DNA from: Anaeramoeba ignava BMAN
Lineage: Eukaryota; Protista; Anaeramoebae
DNA length: 64,000 bases
NCBI GenBank assembly: GCA_028826165.1
Contig: JAPDFW010000074.1
Coordinates: 186,001 to 250,000 of the forward strand
Direction: 5' to 3'
Shown: positions 11,224 through 21,368 of the stretch, piece after piece
Numbering within the stretch: position 1 is the first letter of the stretch
How the letters are laid out: the number at the start of each line of letters is the position of its first letter
Program-made: the position numbers and the translations under genes
The notes under the pieces: model-generated
What the model saw: the letters and a program-made list of their open reading frames with translations, nothing else
Databases searched by the model: none
Told to the model about the DNA's origin: nothing

Positions 11224-14200
11224 ATGTCTAAAACTGGTTTTTTAAAGAATTTTAGAATTAAAATTGGAGGTGATCAAGTTCCAAATCTTCAAGAAAAAGA
11301 AGATAAAGATAAAAATGAAAATGAAAATGAAAATGAAAATGAAAATAAAAATGGAAATGAAAATATGGATCGTAAATTGACATTTACAAACAGATTTATT
11401 GATGTTCACACAAAAGCCAATCAAAAAGAGAAAATTAAAAAAACAAATGAAATTGACAATACAAAAAAATCAAATGAAAATGAAAATGAAAATAAAAATG
11501 AAAATAAAAATGAAAATGAAAATGAAAATGAAATTGAAAATGAAAATGAAATTGACAACACAAAAAAATCAAATAAAGATGACAAAAAAGATGATTTATT
11601 TGGATTCATTGACTTTGAAGACTTAATTCGGGATGACTTTGACGAAGAAGATTTTGATGAAAAAATTGATTCACTTTTACAAATCGAAAAAAACGAAAAA
11701 TTTGAGGATTTACTTCATCAAGCAGAAAATAAATTAGGAATTCATTTAGAAAGCACTGAAAATGAAAGAGAAGATGATCCAGATATTTTAAACATTGAAA
11801 ATCAATTTTCAGATATTGATTATCTTTCAGAAAATGAAGAACCAAATGATGAACAAGAAAATCTAATGGAAGATTCAATTGAATTAAATAATGAAGATGA
11901 AAAAGAAAAATCAGATTCAAAAAATGATTCAGAAGTTTCAAAACATCCAAAAAAAACCATAATTCGAATGGATTTAGCAAAAATTATTTCTCCAGTATTA
12001 ATATTAATTTCAAAATGAATATTAAAATGAATTTTAAATTTAATATTTATTATTTTTAATTTAATATTAATTTATTATTAGACTACCAAAGATAATTCTA
12101 ATTCAAGATCTAAATTTAGGACTGTTAGTATTACAACTTTCCAATTAAAATTTAAAATGAAATTTAAAATGAAATGAAAAATTAAAAATTAAAAATTAAA
12201 ATTTCAATTAAAATGAAAAAGATTAAATCAATGAAATCAATTCATACAGCTTTCCAATTTGAAGAAAATGAAACTGATGCTCTTGAAAATGAACAAATTA
12301 TAGATATTGCTGAAAAAGTTACTTGGATATGTCCACTTCCAACAGGAAATACTCTACCTTTAGTTGGTGAATTACATCTAACAAATTTTAGATTAATTTT
12401 TGTTCCAAAAGAATTAACTGCTCATGTAGTTTTAAAATATTATGCTCATAATCAAAAAATAATTTGAATCATTATAATAATTTTTTTTTGATTTGATTTC
12501 AAAATAATTTAGAATAAAGTTTATAATCGTCAAAGAAATCCAGAATTCACATTAGGAGCAATTCAAAAAGTTGAAAAATTTGGTGGACAATCTTCAAGTC
12601 GAGGTTTGTTGATGATATTTTTATATTCCAGTTTATAATCAATAATAATCTCAAAATATAAATATAAATTTATTAAAAAATTATAAAGGAAAACTTGCAT
12701 ATGGATTTGATGTGACAAGCAATGAATTCCAAACAGCAAAATTTTGTTTTGTTAGAAAAAATCATAGCAGAAGACATTTATATTTAAATTTAATTGCAAA
12801 ATCATTTAATTCAAATATGACAAAATCATTTGCTTTTGAACATAAAACAAAAAAAGTTATAGATTCTGGTTGGGAAATATTTGATATTAGAAAAGAATTT
12901 CAAAGACAAGGTAGAAAGAAATAAAACAAAATGAATTAATTTGAAAATGAATTAATTTGGAAATAAATTAATTTGGAAATAAATTAATTTGGAAATAAAT
13001 TAATTTGGAAATAAATTAATTTGGAAATAAATTAATTTGAAAATAAATTAATTTGGAAATAAATTAATTTGAAAATCAATTAATTTGGAAAATAAATTAA
13101 TTTGGAAATAAATTAATTTGGAAATAAATTAATTTGGAAATAAATTAATTTGGAAAATAAATTAATTTGGAAATCAATTAATTTGGAAATTAATTTGGAA
13201 ATCAATTAATTTGGAAATCAATTAATTTGGAAATAAATTAATTTGAAAATAAATTAATTTGGATATCAATTAATTTGGAAATCAATTAATATAAAAATGA
13301 ATTAATTTGGAAATAAATTAATTTGGAAATAAATTAATTTGGAAATAAATTAATTTGAAAATCAATTAATTTGGAAATCAATTAATTTGAAAATCAAATT
13401 AATTTGAAAATCAATTAATATAAAAGGAATACCAAATACTGAATGGGTTATTTCAGGAATCAATCAAAAATACTCTTTATGTTCAACTTATCCTAATAGA
13501 ATTGTAATTCCAGCAAAAATTTCTGAGAGATATTTAAAATCTGTTGCACATTTTCGAACAGAAAATCGATTACCACTTTTAACATGGAAAGCTCCAGATA
13601 GACCAAGTGCATTAATACGTTCATCTCAACCAAAAACATGTAGAAATGAAAATTGAAATTTAAACAAATAACAAATTGATAAATTGAAAAATTGATAAAA
13701 ATTTTTTCTGTTTTTTCAAAAAGATTCCAAAAAATCAAAAGGTGCAGAAGATGAAAAATTTATCACTCAAATATTTCGGACAAACCCAAATGGATCTGCA
13801 TTAAGAGTATTAGATTGCAGATCACAAACTGAAGTTTCTAATTCTGCAAAAGAATTAGGATTTGAATCACCAGATAAATACAGAGAAGTTATCCATGAAT
13901 TTCTTGGAATTGAAAAACCTCAAATTGTTCGTGAAAGTTATAACAAACTTAGAAATTTATGTCTCACTTCAATTTTCCAAGACAGAAAATGGTTTTCTTC
14001 AATGGAAGAAACAAATTGGCTTCAAATGATCCAAAAAATTATGGAAGCAGCAAAAAAAGTTGTTAATTATATGAAAGGAGATTACTCTGTTCTTGTCCAT
14101 TCTACTTATGGATGGGATAGAAGTGTTACCGAAGATACTCCTGTTATTTGTCGTTTATTTGGTTCAAAAATTATCATTCGCAAAATTTCTCAACTTGCAA

Positions 14201-15958
14201 AAGAAAATAAATGGGAAATGGAAAATGAATTTATTTCAAGAGAAATTGCAGAACCCTTAGAATCTCTTGAAGTGTGGACTGAAAAAGGTTTCACAAAAGT
14301 AAACCAAATTATCCGCCACCAAACTAATGAAGATATTATTAGAGTTTCTACACAAACAGCATCTGTGGATGTGACAACAGGTCATAGTTTACTTGATCCA
14401 AATGGATCCAAAATTCGTTCTGATTCTGTTGTTATTGGAGATCCACTTTTGCACGTGGATTGTCCAAAATTGGAAGAAAATGAAATATCAAATTTATCAA
14501 AGGAAATTTCTTGGATTTTTGGTTTGTTTTGTGCAAATGGAAATTTGAATACAAAAGAAAAAGTATTAGAAAAGAAATGGAATATTCTAAGTATGAATAA
14601 TCAGGTTCTTAATAAAGCAAAATCTATTATTGAAGAATTGATTTTTAAACAAGAAATGAACCAATTTTCTGGAACTGAAATTGTTATTTTGTGTGCTGAA
14701 AATGAAGGAAATACATTCCAATTAATAATAAATCCAAATGCGGATACGCAATTAAAACATAGATTTATTGAATATTGGAAAAATATATTCTGTAAAATAC
14801 ATGAAAATGATGAAGAATCAACAGATAAAATTGAAATTCCTGATTTTATTTTTAATTGTGAAAACAAAATCAAATCAAAATTTTGGGAAGGATTCTCAAG
14901 TGGAGTTAAAACAAACTTTGGAAATTGGCAACAAAAAAACATGAGCAAAATACAATTTAAATCAACAAATACATCTTTAATTTGCGGAACATATCTTTTG
15001 GCACAATATTTCGGATACAAACCAACAATAAGAATTGAGAATAATATCAAGGAATATGAAAATTGCGAGTATTCTCTTAGATTGTGGAAAAAAGCAAAAA
15101 ACAAAAACAAAACAGAATATGATCAAATTACCAATCTAACAAGATATTCTCTTCCAAATAAAAAATGTTATGTTTATGATATATCAACAGAAAATCATCA
15201 TTTCCATGCAGGAATAGGAAGAATGGTAGTTCACAACACTGCGCAAGTTTGTGCACTCGCAGAACTTTTTCAAGATCCTTATTACAGAACAATAACTGGA
15301 TTTGAAGTTTTAATTGAAAAGGAATGGATCAGTTTTGGACATCCGTTTTTTTCCAATAATGGAAATAGTTTTCATACATCCAAAAATAAGAATAACAGTG
15401 AAAATGATTTTTATCCAATATTTATTCAATGGTTGGATTGTGTTTATCAATGCTTGATTCAATTTCCTAATTATCTGGAATTTAATGAAGCTTTTCTGCT
15501 TGCGATTGCAGAAAATATTTATTCTTTAAGATTTGGAACATTTTTATTTGTTTCAGAAAAAGAAAGAAATCGTTTAAAAACTCAAGAAAATTGTTATTCT
15601 TTATGGACATTTCTGAATGAAAATCGAGAGAATTATATCAATCCATCATTTATGAAATCTAATTTTGTACTTGAACCAAGCACTTCAATGCTTCATATTA
15701 AATTTTGGACAAAGTAAATTATTTTATCAAGAACAACAAAAAATGATTTATTATTTATTTTTTAATTTATTTTTTAGTTATTATCTCCAATATTTATTCC
15801 CATCAATTATTGAAGAATTTGGAACTAAAGAAAATTTCATTCTTAGTAAATGTTTGGATATTTCTGAAAGAATAAATGAAATGGAAAAGGAAGAGCAAGA
15901 AATTATGAAAGAAATTGAAGAAATGAAGAAAAAATTAAAGAAGAAAGATGATAATTAA
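11224..15958 (+). CDS. Myotubularin-related protein (acidic N-terminus, PH-GRAM, phosphatase fold, coiled coil), intein-containing, probable pseudophosphatase
   Basis: GRAM-like GELHLTNFRLIF; myotubularin motifs GWEIFDIRKEFQRQG, LCSTYP, FRTENRLPLLTW, DPYYRTITGFEVLIEKEWISFGHPF, PIFIQWLDCVYQ, FGTFL. Approximate exons: 11224-11994, 12082-12123, 12222-12425, 12513-12603, 12689-12910, 13427-13639, 13724-15713, 15778-15958. Confidence 0.93.
12930..13420. repeat. Intronic 16-bp repeat (AATTAATTTGGAAATM)n
   Basis: Fills intron 12911-13426 of the myotubularin gene. Confidence 0.9.
14122..15237 (+). mobile_element. Intein (372 aa, class-1 motifs, degenerate LAGLIDADG homing endonuclease) in the myotubularin active-site loop
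   Basis: Block A SVTEDTPV (Ser1), block B VDVTTGH (TxxH), block F YVYDIST, block G VVHN followed by Thr+1. Removal restores HSTYGWDR/TAQVCAL, collinear with the myotubularin consensus HCSDGWDRTAQ. Central IFGLFCANG, IPDFIFN...FWEGF and LLAQYFG resemble blocks C, D/E and H. Confidence 0.96.
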
Positions 15959-16064
15959 TAAGAAGATGATTTTTGAATTGATTATTAAATGAATTATTAT
16001 TTAAATTGATTTTTTTTATCGAAATTAACTTTTCTCTTCTTTTTAAATAAAATGAATTTTGAAA

Positions 16065-17249
16065 TCAATTTTTTGTTTTTTCTCCGTTTAATTCTTTCAA
16101 CTCTTCTAAACAACTATCATCTTTATCGATACTATTATAATCAATCAAACATTGTTTAAGATTTTTCTTTTGTTTCAAAGCTTGAATAATAATTCTTGCT
16201 CCATTTCCAGTGATAAAATTTCCATTAACATTAATAACTTCAATAACAGGATTTTCTTTGATTGCTTTTGCAATTTCTTCAGTGCAAAGATCTGAAATGT
16301 AATTTGAAGGCGCATCCAATATTTTGAGGCTTTGATTTAAATTGGATGATAAAATTGTGAAAATTTCTTTTAATCCTTCATCTCCAAGTGAACATGAACC
16401 AATTAAGATATGCTCAATAGATTGATTTTTGGAAAGGAAATTTGCAATTAAACTTCCTCCCTTTTCTTTCAAAGTTTTGATGCCTGACATTTTTAATATT
16501 TTCAAGGATGGAAGCTTTGATAAACTTGCCAAAATGGGTTCGAATTCATCGCAAGTAAAAGGAATTCCTGTTAAATTTAAAGAAGAAATATTGTTATTGA
16601 TTTCGATCCAATTTGAAATTTGTTGATAAGAATCCATAACTGGATTAAAAGCAAAAGAAATATCAATAATTGAATCAACTTTGTTTTGTATTAAGGATTG
16701 GAAAAAGATTTCTGCTCCTTTTGAAGTAATTCCATTTGATCTTAAATCAATAATTTTCAGTGATTTATTAAATGGGAAAATTTTTGATAAAGAAATAATT
16801 CCTTCATCACTTAAATTAGTTATTCCTAAATTGAGATCCTCGATTGTATGATTTTGCATCAGAAGTTCGCCAAGTTTTTGATAAGATTGTTCTCCAAAAT
16901 CATTTTGATTTAAATCAAGTTTTTTCACTGTGGAATTTTTGAGTAATCCATTTAGAATTGAACAAATACTTGAATCATTGAAATGATTTGAATGAAGATC
17001 AAGTTGAATAATTGATTTATTTTTTTCAATCATTTTTTCTATTAATTTCGCAGATTTTTCTTGAATTTCTTCTGATACTTCAAAACAAGCTTCAATCTTT
17101 AAATTTTTCACTGTTTGATTTAATTCCATTGTTTGACAAAATGTTTCGAAATTTTGGATCAATTCTTCTGATTGCCAAAAAGAAAGAGAATCCATTTTTT
17201 CATCTTGTTTTTGAAGTGGTTGAATAATTTCTTGTAAAAAATTTTCCAT
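16065..17249 (-). CDS. RNI-like leucine-rich repeat protein, intronless
   Basis: ~28-aa LRRs (LDLHSNHFND, LDLNQNDFGE, IDLRSNGITSKGA, INVNGNFITGNGA). Confidence 0.88.
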   Translation of the reverse strand: MENFLQEIIQPLQKQDEKMDSLSFWQSEELIQNFETFCQTMELNQTVKNLKIEACFEVSEEIQEKSAKLIEKMIEKNKSIIQLDLHSNHFNDSSICSILNGLLKNSTVKKLDLNQNDFGEQSYQKLGELLMQNHTIEDLNLGITNLSDEGIISLSKIFPFNKSLKIIDLRSNGITSKGAEIFFQSLIQNKVDSIIDISFAFNPVMDSYQQISNWIEINNNISSLNLTGIPFTCDEFEPILASLSKLPSLKILKMSGIKTLKEKGGSLIANFLSKNQSIEHILIGSCSLGDEGLKEIFTILSSNLNQSLKILDAPSNYISDLCTEEIAKAIKENPVIEVINVNGNFITGNGARIIIQALKQKKNLKQCLIDYNSIDKDDSCLEELKELNGEKTKN

Positions 17250-17312
17250 TTTTTTAAAATAAAAATGAAAAAAATGAAAAAATGAAAAATCATTTTTTTT
17301 CTTTTTTAAAAA

Positions 17313-19062
17313 ATGAATGAAATTTTATTTTTTGGTTTAAATAAATATCCAAAACTTTTTACAAATCAACCCAAAAAAATTTTTCGAATAACTCAAGTTA
17401 AATTTGAAAATGAAAATGAAAAACAAATTAAACAAATTTCATCAGGAGATTTTTCAGTAATTTTTCTTTTTAAAAATGGCAAAGCAATAGAATATTTAAA
17501 TGATAGTTCAAATCAAAATCCTGAAAAATCCAAATTGAAGAAAATATTCAAAAAGTAACTGTTGGTGATAAAAATGAAGCTATTTTAACAATAGAAGGAA
17601 ATGTATTTGCCAAAGGAAGAAAGATATTAATCCAAATAATCCAAATGAATTTATCAATATTTCATCATTAATTGAAGATCCAAATGATAGAATAATTCAA
17701 GATGTTGTTTCTTCAGCTGATTCAATTTACTTATTAACTTCAAATCAAAATGTTTATGGAATTGGTTCAAATAAATATGGTCAACTTGGTTTTGATTCTA
17801 AAACACTTGATAAAACAGAAAAACCAATTTTAATGATGAAAAATGTTTCTAAAATATTTTCAGGAAATTATTCACTTGCTGTTTTTCTTTTGAATTCAAA
17901 TCAAGAATTATTTGGATGCGGATATAATTATACTGGTCAACTTGGTTTAGGAATAACGGAAGAAAAAGTCGATAAATTAACCCAAAATCCAAAATATTCC
18001 AAAAGGCAAAATAATTGATATTCAAGTTGGTTCTTCTCATTCATTAATTTTAGTTGAAAATGAAAAAGATGGAAAAAGAAAACTTTATTCATGTGGCTAT
18101 TCAATATTTACAGGGATTGGAAAGAGTGTTGATACAAGAGAATTTACTGAAACCAAATCATCTTTATTTGAAAATGATAATATTCGTGAAATTTCTGTTG
18201 GAAATTATCATACTTTGATTTTCACTTCAAATGAGAAATTGATAGGATTTGGAACAAATAATTATGGTGAATTAGGAACTGGGAAAAAAGGCACCGAGAA
18301 AATTCCAATTCAAATTCGAACTTCCTAAATTAAGATTTAATGAAGAAATTTCTAATTATCATTTTTCTTGTAATACGAAATGCTCATTTCTTTATTATTC
18401 TCCTTTTCTCTCTTCTTTTTCCAATCTTGAAGAAGATTTGATAAAACTATTTAGAAAAAAAGAATTTTGCAATATTTCATTTAAAACAGAAAATGGAGAA
18501 ATAATTGAAGCTCATAAATTAATATTAAAATATAGATTAAAAGATGAAAATCAAATTGAAAAACTTCAAGAAATTATTTCAAATAAATCAATTAAAGAAT
18601 CCAAATCAAATATTTGAAATGATTTATTCAAACAGAATAATAAATCCAATATTATATTCTGAAATTAAAGAAATTATAAATTTAAATGAAAAAATTGAAG
18701 AAACAATGAAAAGAATTTATTTAAATGAAAATGAAAAAGATTTTATAATTGAAAGAAAAGAAAAAGAATATACATTTCCAAAATTAATATTAATAATGAG
18801 AAGTGAATTATATCGAGGAATGTTTTTATCTGTAAATGAAGATAAATCTAATAAAGTTACAGATTATAGTGAATTAAGTAATAAATCATTTCAAATATTT
18901 GAATATTGGATTTATTCAAATCAAATCAAAGATGAAATTGAAATTACACAAGAAATAATTGATGAAATTCAAATTGGAATTGATTATTTTCAATTAAATC
19001 AAACATATCCAAATTTATTGGATTTATTAAAAAATAAATTTAATAATCAAAATCAAAATTAA
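17313..19062 (+). pseudogene. RCC1-repeat + BTB protein, frameshifted copy (pseudogene or assembly indels)
   Basis: Fragments 17313-17558, 17833-18018 and 18544-19062 align collinearly with the intact paralog at 19433-21277; about five frame breaks (near 17530, 17620, 17980, 18320, 18600). Confidence 0.75.
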
Positions 19063-19350
19063 AATCAAAATTAAAATTAAAATTAAAATTAAAATCAAAA
19101 ATTAAAAATTAAAATTAAAATCAAAATCAAAATCAAAATCAAAATCAAAATTAAAATTCAAATTAAAATTAAAATTAAAATTAAAATTAAAATTAAAATT
19201 AAAATTAAAAATTAAAATCAAAATTAAAATTAAAATTAAAATTAAAATCAAAATCAAAATCTAAAATTAAAATTAAAATCAAAATTAAAATTAAATTTAA
19301 AATTAAAATTAAAATTTAAAATCAAAATTAAAATTAAAATTAAAATTAAA
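19040..19350. repeat. (YAAAAT)n hexamer array continuing from the QN-coding 3' end of the upstream gene
   Basis: CAAAAT CAAAAT TAAAAT... runs across the stop codon at 19060-19062. Confidence 0.88.
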
Positions 19351-19432
19351 TTTAATAAAAAAAAGAAAAAGAAAACAATTTTTAAAATGAATTTTTTCTT
19401 GTTTTTTCTTTTTTAAATCAATTTCTTTGAAT

Positions 19433-21277
19433 TTAAAAAATCAAGCAATCTCTTTTTTGATTTTGTTTTAATTTGTGTTTCTTGTTTTGATTATTAAATT
19501 TGTTTTTTAATAAATCCAATAAATTTGGATTTGTTTGATTTAATTGAAAATAATCAATTCCAATTTTGATTTCATCAATAATTTCTTGTGTAATTTGAAT
19601 TTCATCTTTAATTTGATTTGAATAAATCCAATATTCAAATATTTGAAATGATTTATTACTTAATTCACTATAATCTGTAACTTTATTAGATTTATCTTCT
19701 GTTACAGATAAAAACATTCCTCGATATAATTCACTTCTCATTATTAATATTAATTTAGGAAATTTATATTCTTTTTCTTTTCTTTCAATTATAAAATCTT
19801 TTTCATTTTCATTTAAATAAATTCTTTTCATTGTTTCTTCAATTTTTTCATTTAAATTTATAATTTCTTTAATTTCAGAATATAATTTTGGATTTATTAT
19901 TCTGTTTGAATAAATCATTTCAAATATTTGATTTGATTCTTTAATTGATTTATTTGAAATGATTTCTTGAAGTTTTTCAATTTCATTTTCATCTTTTAAT
20001 CTATATTTCAATATTAATTTATGAGCTTCAATTATTTCTCCATTTTCGGTTTTAAATGAAATATTACAAAATTCTTTTTTTCTAAATAGTTTTATCAAAT
20101 CTTCTTCAAGATTGGAAAAAGAAGAGAGAAAAGGAGAATAATAAATAAACAATTTATTATATCCACAAGAAAGATGATAATTAGAAATATCTTCATTAAA
20201 TCTTAATTTAGGAAGTTGAATTTGAATTGGAACTTTTTGGATGCCTTTTTTCCCAGTTCCTAATTGACCATAATTATTACCTCCAAATCCAATCAATTTC
20301 TCATTTGAAGTTAGAATCAAAGTGTTATTATATCCAACAGAAATTTCACGAATATTATCATCATTTTCAAATAAAGATGATTTGATTTCAGTAAATTCTC
20401 TTGTATCTTTATTTTTTTTCCCAAGTCCATTATATTCATAATCTCCACATGAATAAAGTTTTCTTTTTGGATTTTCATTTTCATTTTGATTTTCTTCTTC
20501 ATCTTCAATCAACATTATTGAATGATTAAATCCACCTTGAATATCAATTATTTTGCCTTTTGGAATATTTTGGATTTTGGTTAATTTTTGGATATTTGCT
20601 TCTTTTATTGATTCTCCTAATCCAAGTTGACCATGATAATTATATCCGCATCCAAATAATTCTTGATTTGAATTTAAAAGAAAAAGACAATCTGAATAAT
20701 TTCCTGAAAATATTTTAGAAACATTTTTCATCATTAAAATTGGTTTTTCTGTTTTATCAAGTATTTCAGAATCTAAAGCAAGTTGACCAAATTGATTTGA
20801 ACCAATTCCATAAACATTTTGATTTGAAGTTAATAAGTAAATTGAACCATGCCCAGAAACAACATCTTGAATTATTCTATCATTTGGATCTTCAATTAAT
20901 GATGAAATATTAATAAATTCATTTGGATTATTTGAATTAATATCTTTTCCTTTGGCAAATGCATTTCCTTCTATTGTTAAAATAGCTTCATTTTTATAAC
21001 CAACAGTTACTTTTTGAATATTTTCTTCAATTTGGATTTTTTCAGGATTTTGATTTGAACTATCATTTAAATATTCTATTGCTTTGCCATTTTCAAAAAG
21101 GAAAATTACTGAATATAAACCTGATGAAATTTGTTTAATTTGTTTTTCATTTTCATTTTCATTTTCATTTTCATTTTCATTTTCAAATTTAAATTGAATT
21201 GGTTTTGTTATTTTTTCTGGTTCATTTTTGATAAGTATTGGATATTTATTCCAACCAAAAAATAAACAATCATTCAT
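19433..21277 (-). CDS. RCC1-repeat beta-propeller + tandem BTB protein with CaaX-like end (CLIF), intronless
   Basis: GSNQFGQL, GYNYHGQLG, GGNNYGQLG repeats; IEAHKLILKYR and KLILIMRSELYRGMFLSV BTB-like segments; intact 614-aa ORF. Confidence 0.9.
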   Translation of the reverse strand: MNDCLFFGWNKYPILIKNEPEKITKPIQFKFENENENENENENEKQIKQISSGLYSVIFLFENGKAIEYLNDSSNQNPEKIQIEENIQKVTVGYKNEAILTIEGNAFAKGKDINSNNPNEFINISSLIEDPNDRIIQDVVSGHGSIYLLTSNQNVYGIGSNQFGQLALDSEILDKTEKPILMMKNVSKIFSGNYSDCLFLLNSNQELFGCGYNYHGQLGLGESIKEANIQKLTKIQNIPKGKIIDIQGGFNHSIMLIEDEEENQNENENPKRKLYSCGDYEYNGLGKKNKDTREFTEIKSSLFENDDNIREISVGYNNTLILTSNEKLIGFGGNNYGQLGTGKKGIQKVPIQIQLPKLRFNEDISNYHLSCGYNKLFIYYSPFLSSFSNLEEDLIKLFRKKEFCNISFKTENGEIIEAHKLILKYRLKDENEIEKLQEIISNKSIKESNQIFEMIYSNRIINPKLYSEIKEIINLNEKIEETMKRIYLNENEKDFIIERKEKEYKFPKLILIMRSELYRGMFLSVTEDKSNKVTDYSELSNKSFQIFEYWIYSNQIKDEIQITQEIIDEIKIGIDYFQLNQTNPNLLDLLKNKFNNQNKKHKLKQNQKRDCLIF

Positions 21278-21368
21278 TTTTTAAAAAGAAAAAAAATGAA
21301 AAAAATGATTTTTGAATTTAATTTAAATTTTAATTTTAATTTTGAAAAAAAATGTTATTAATTAATTT

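Noticed and set aside
14122-15237. Hedgehog-type Hint domain or self-splicing intron instead of an intein
   Set aside because: The insertion is in frame, flanked on both sides by contiguous halves of one conserved motif, ends in His-Asn/Thr and contains endonuclease remnants.
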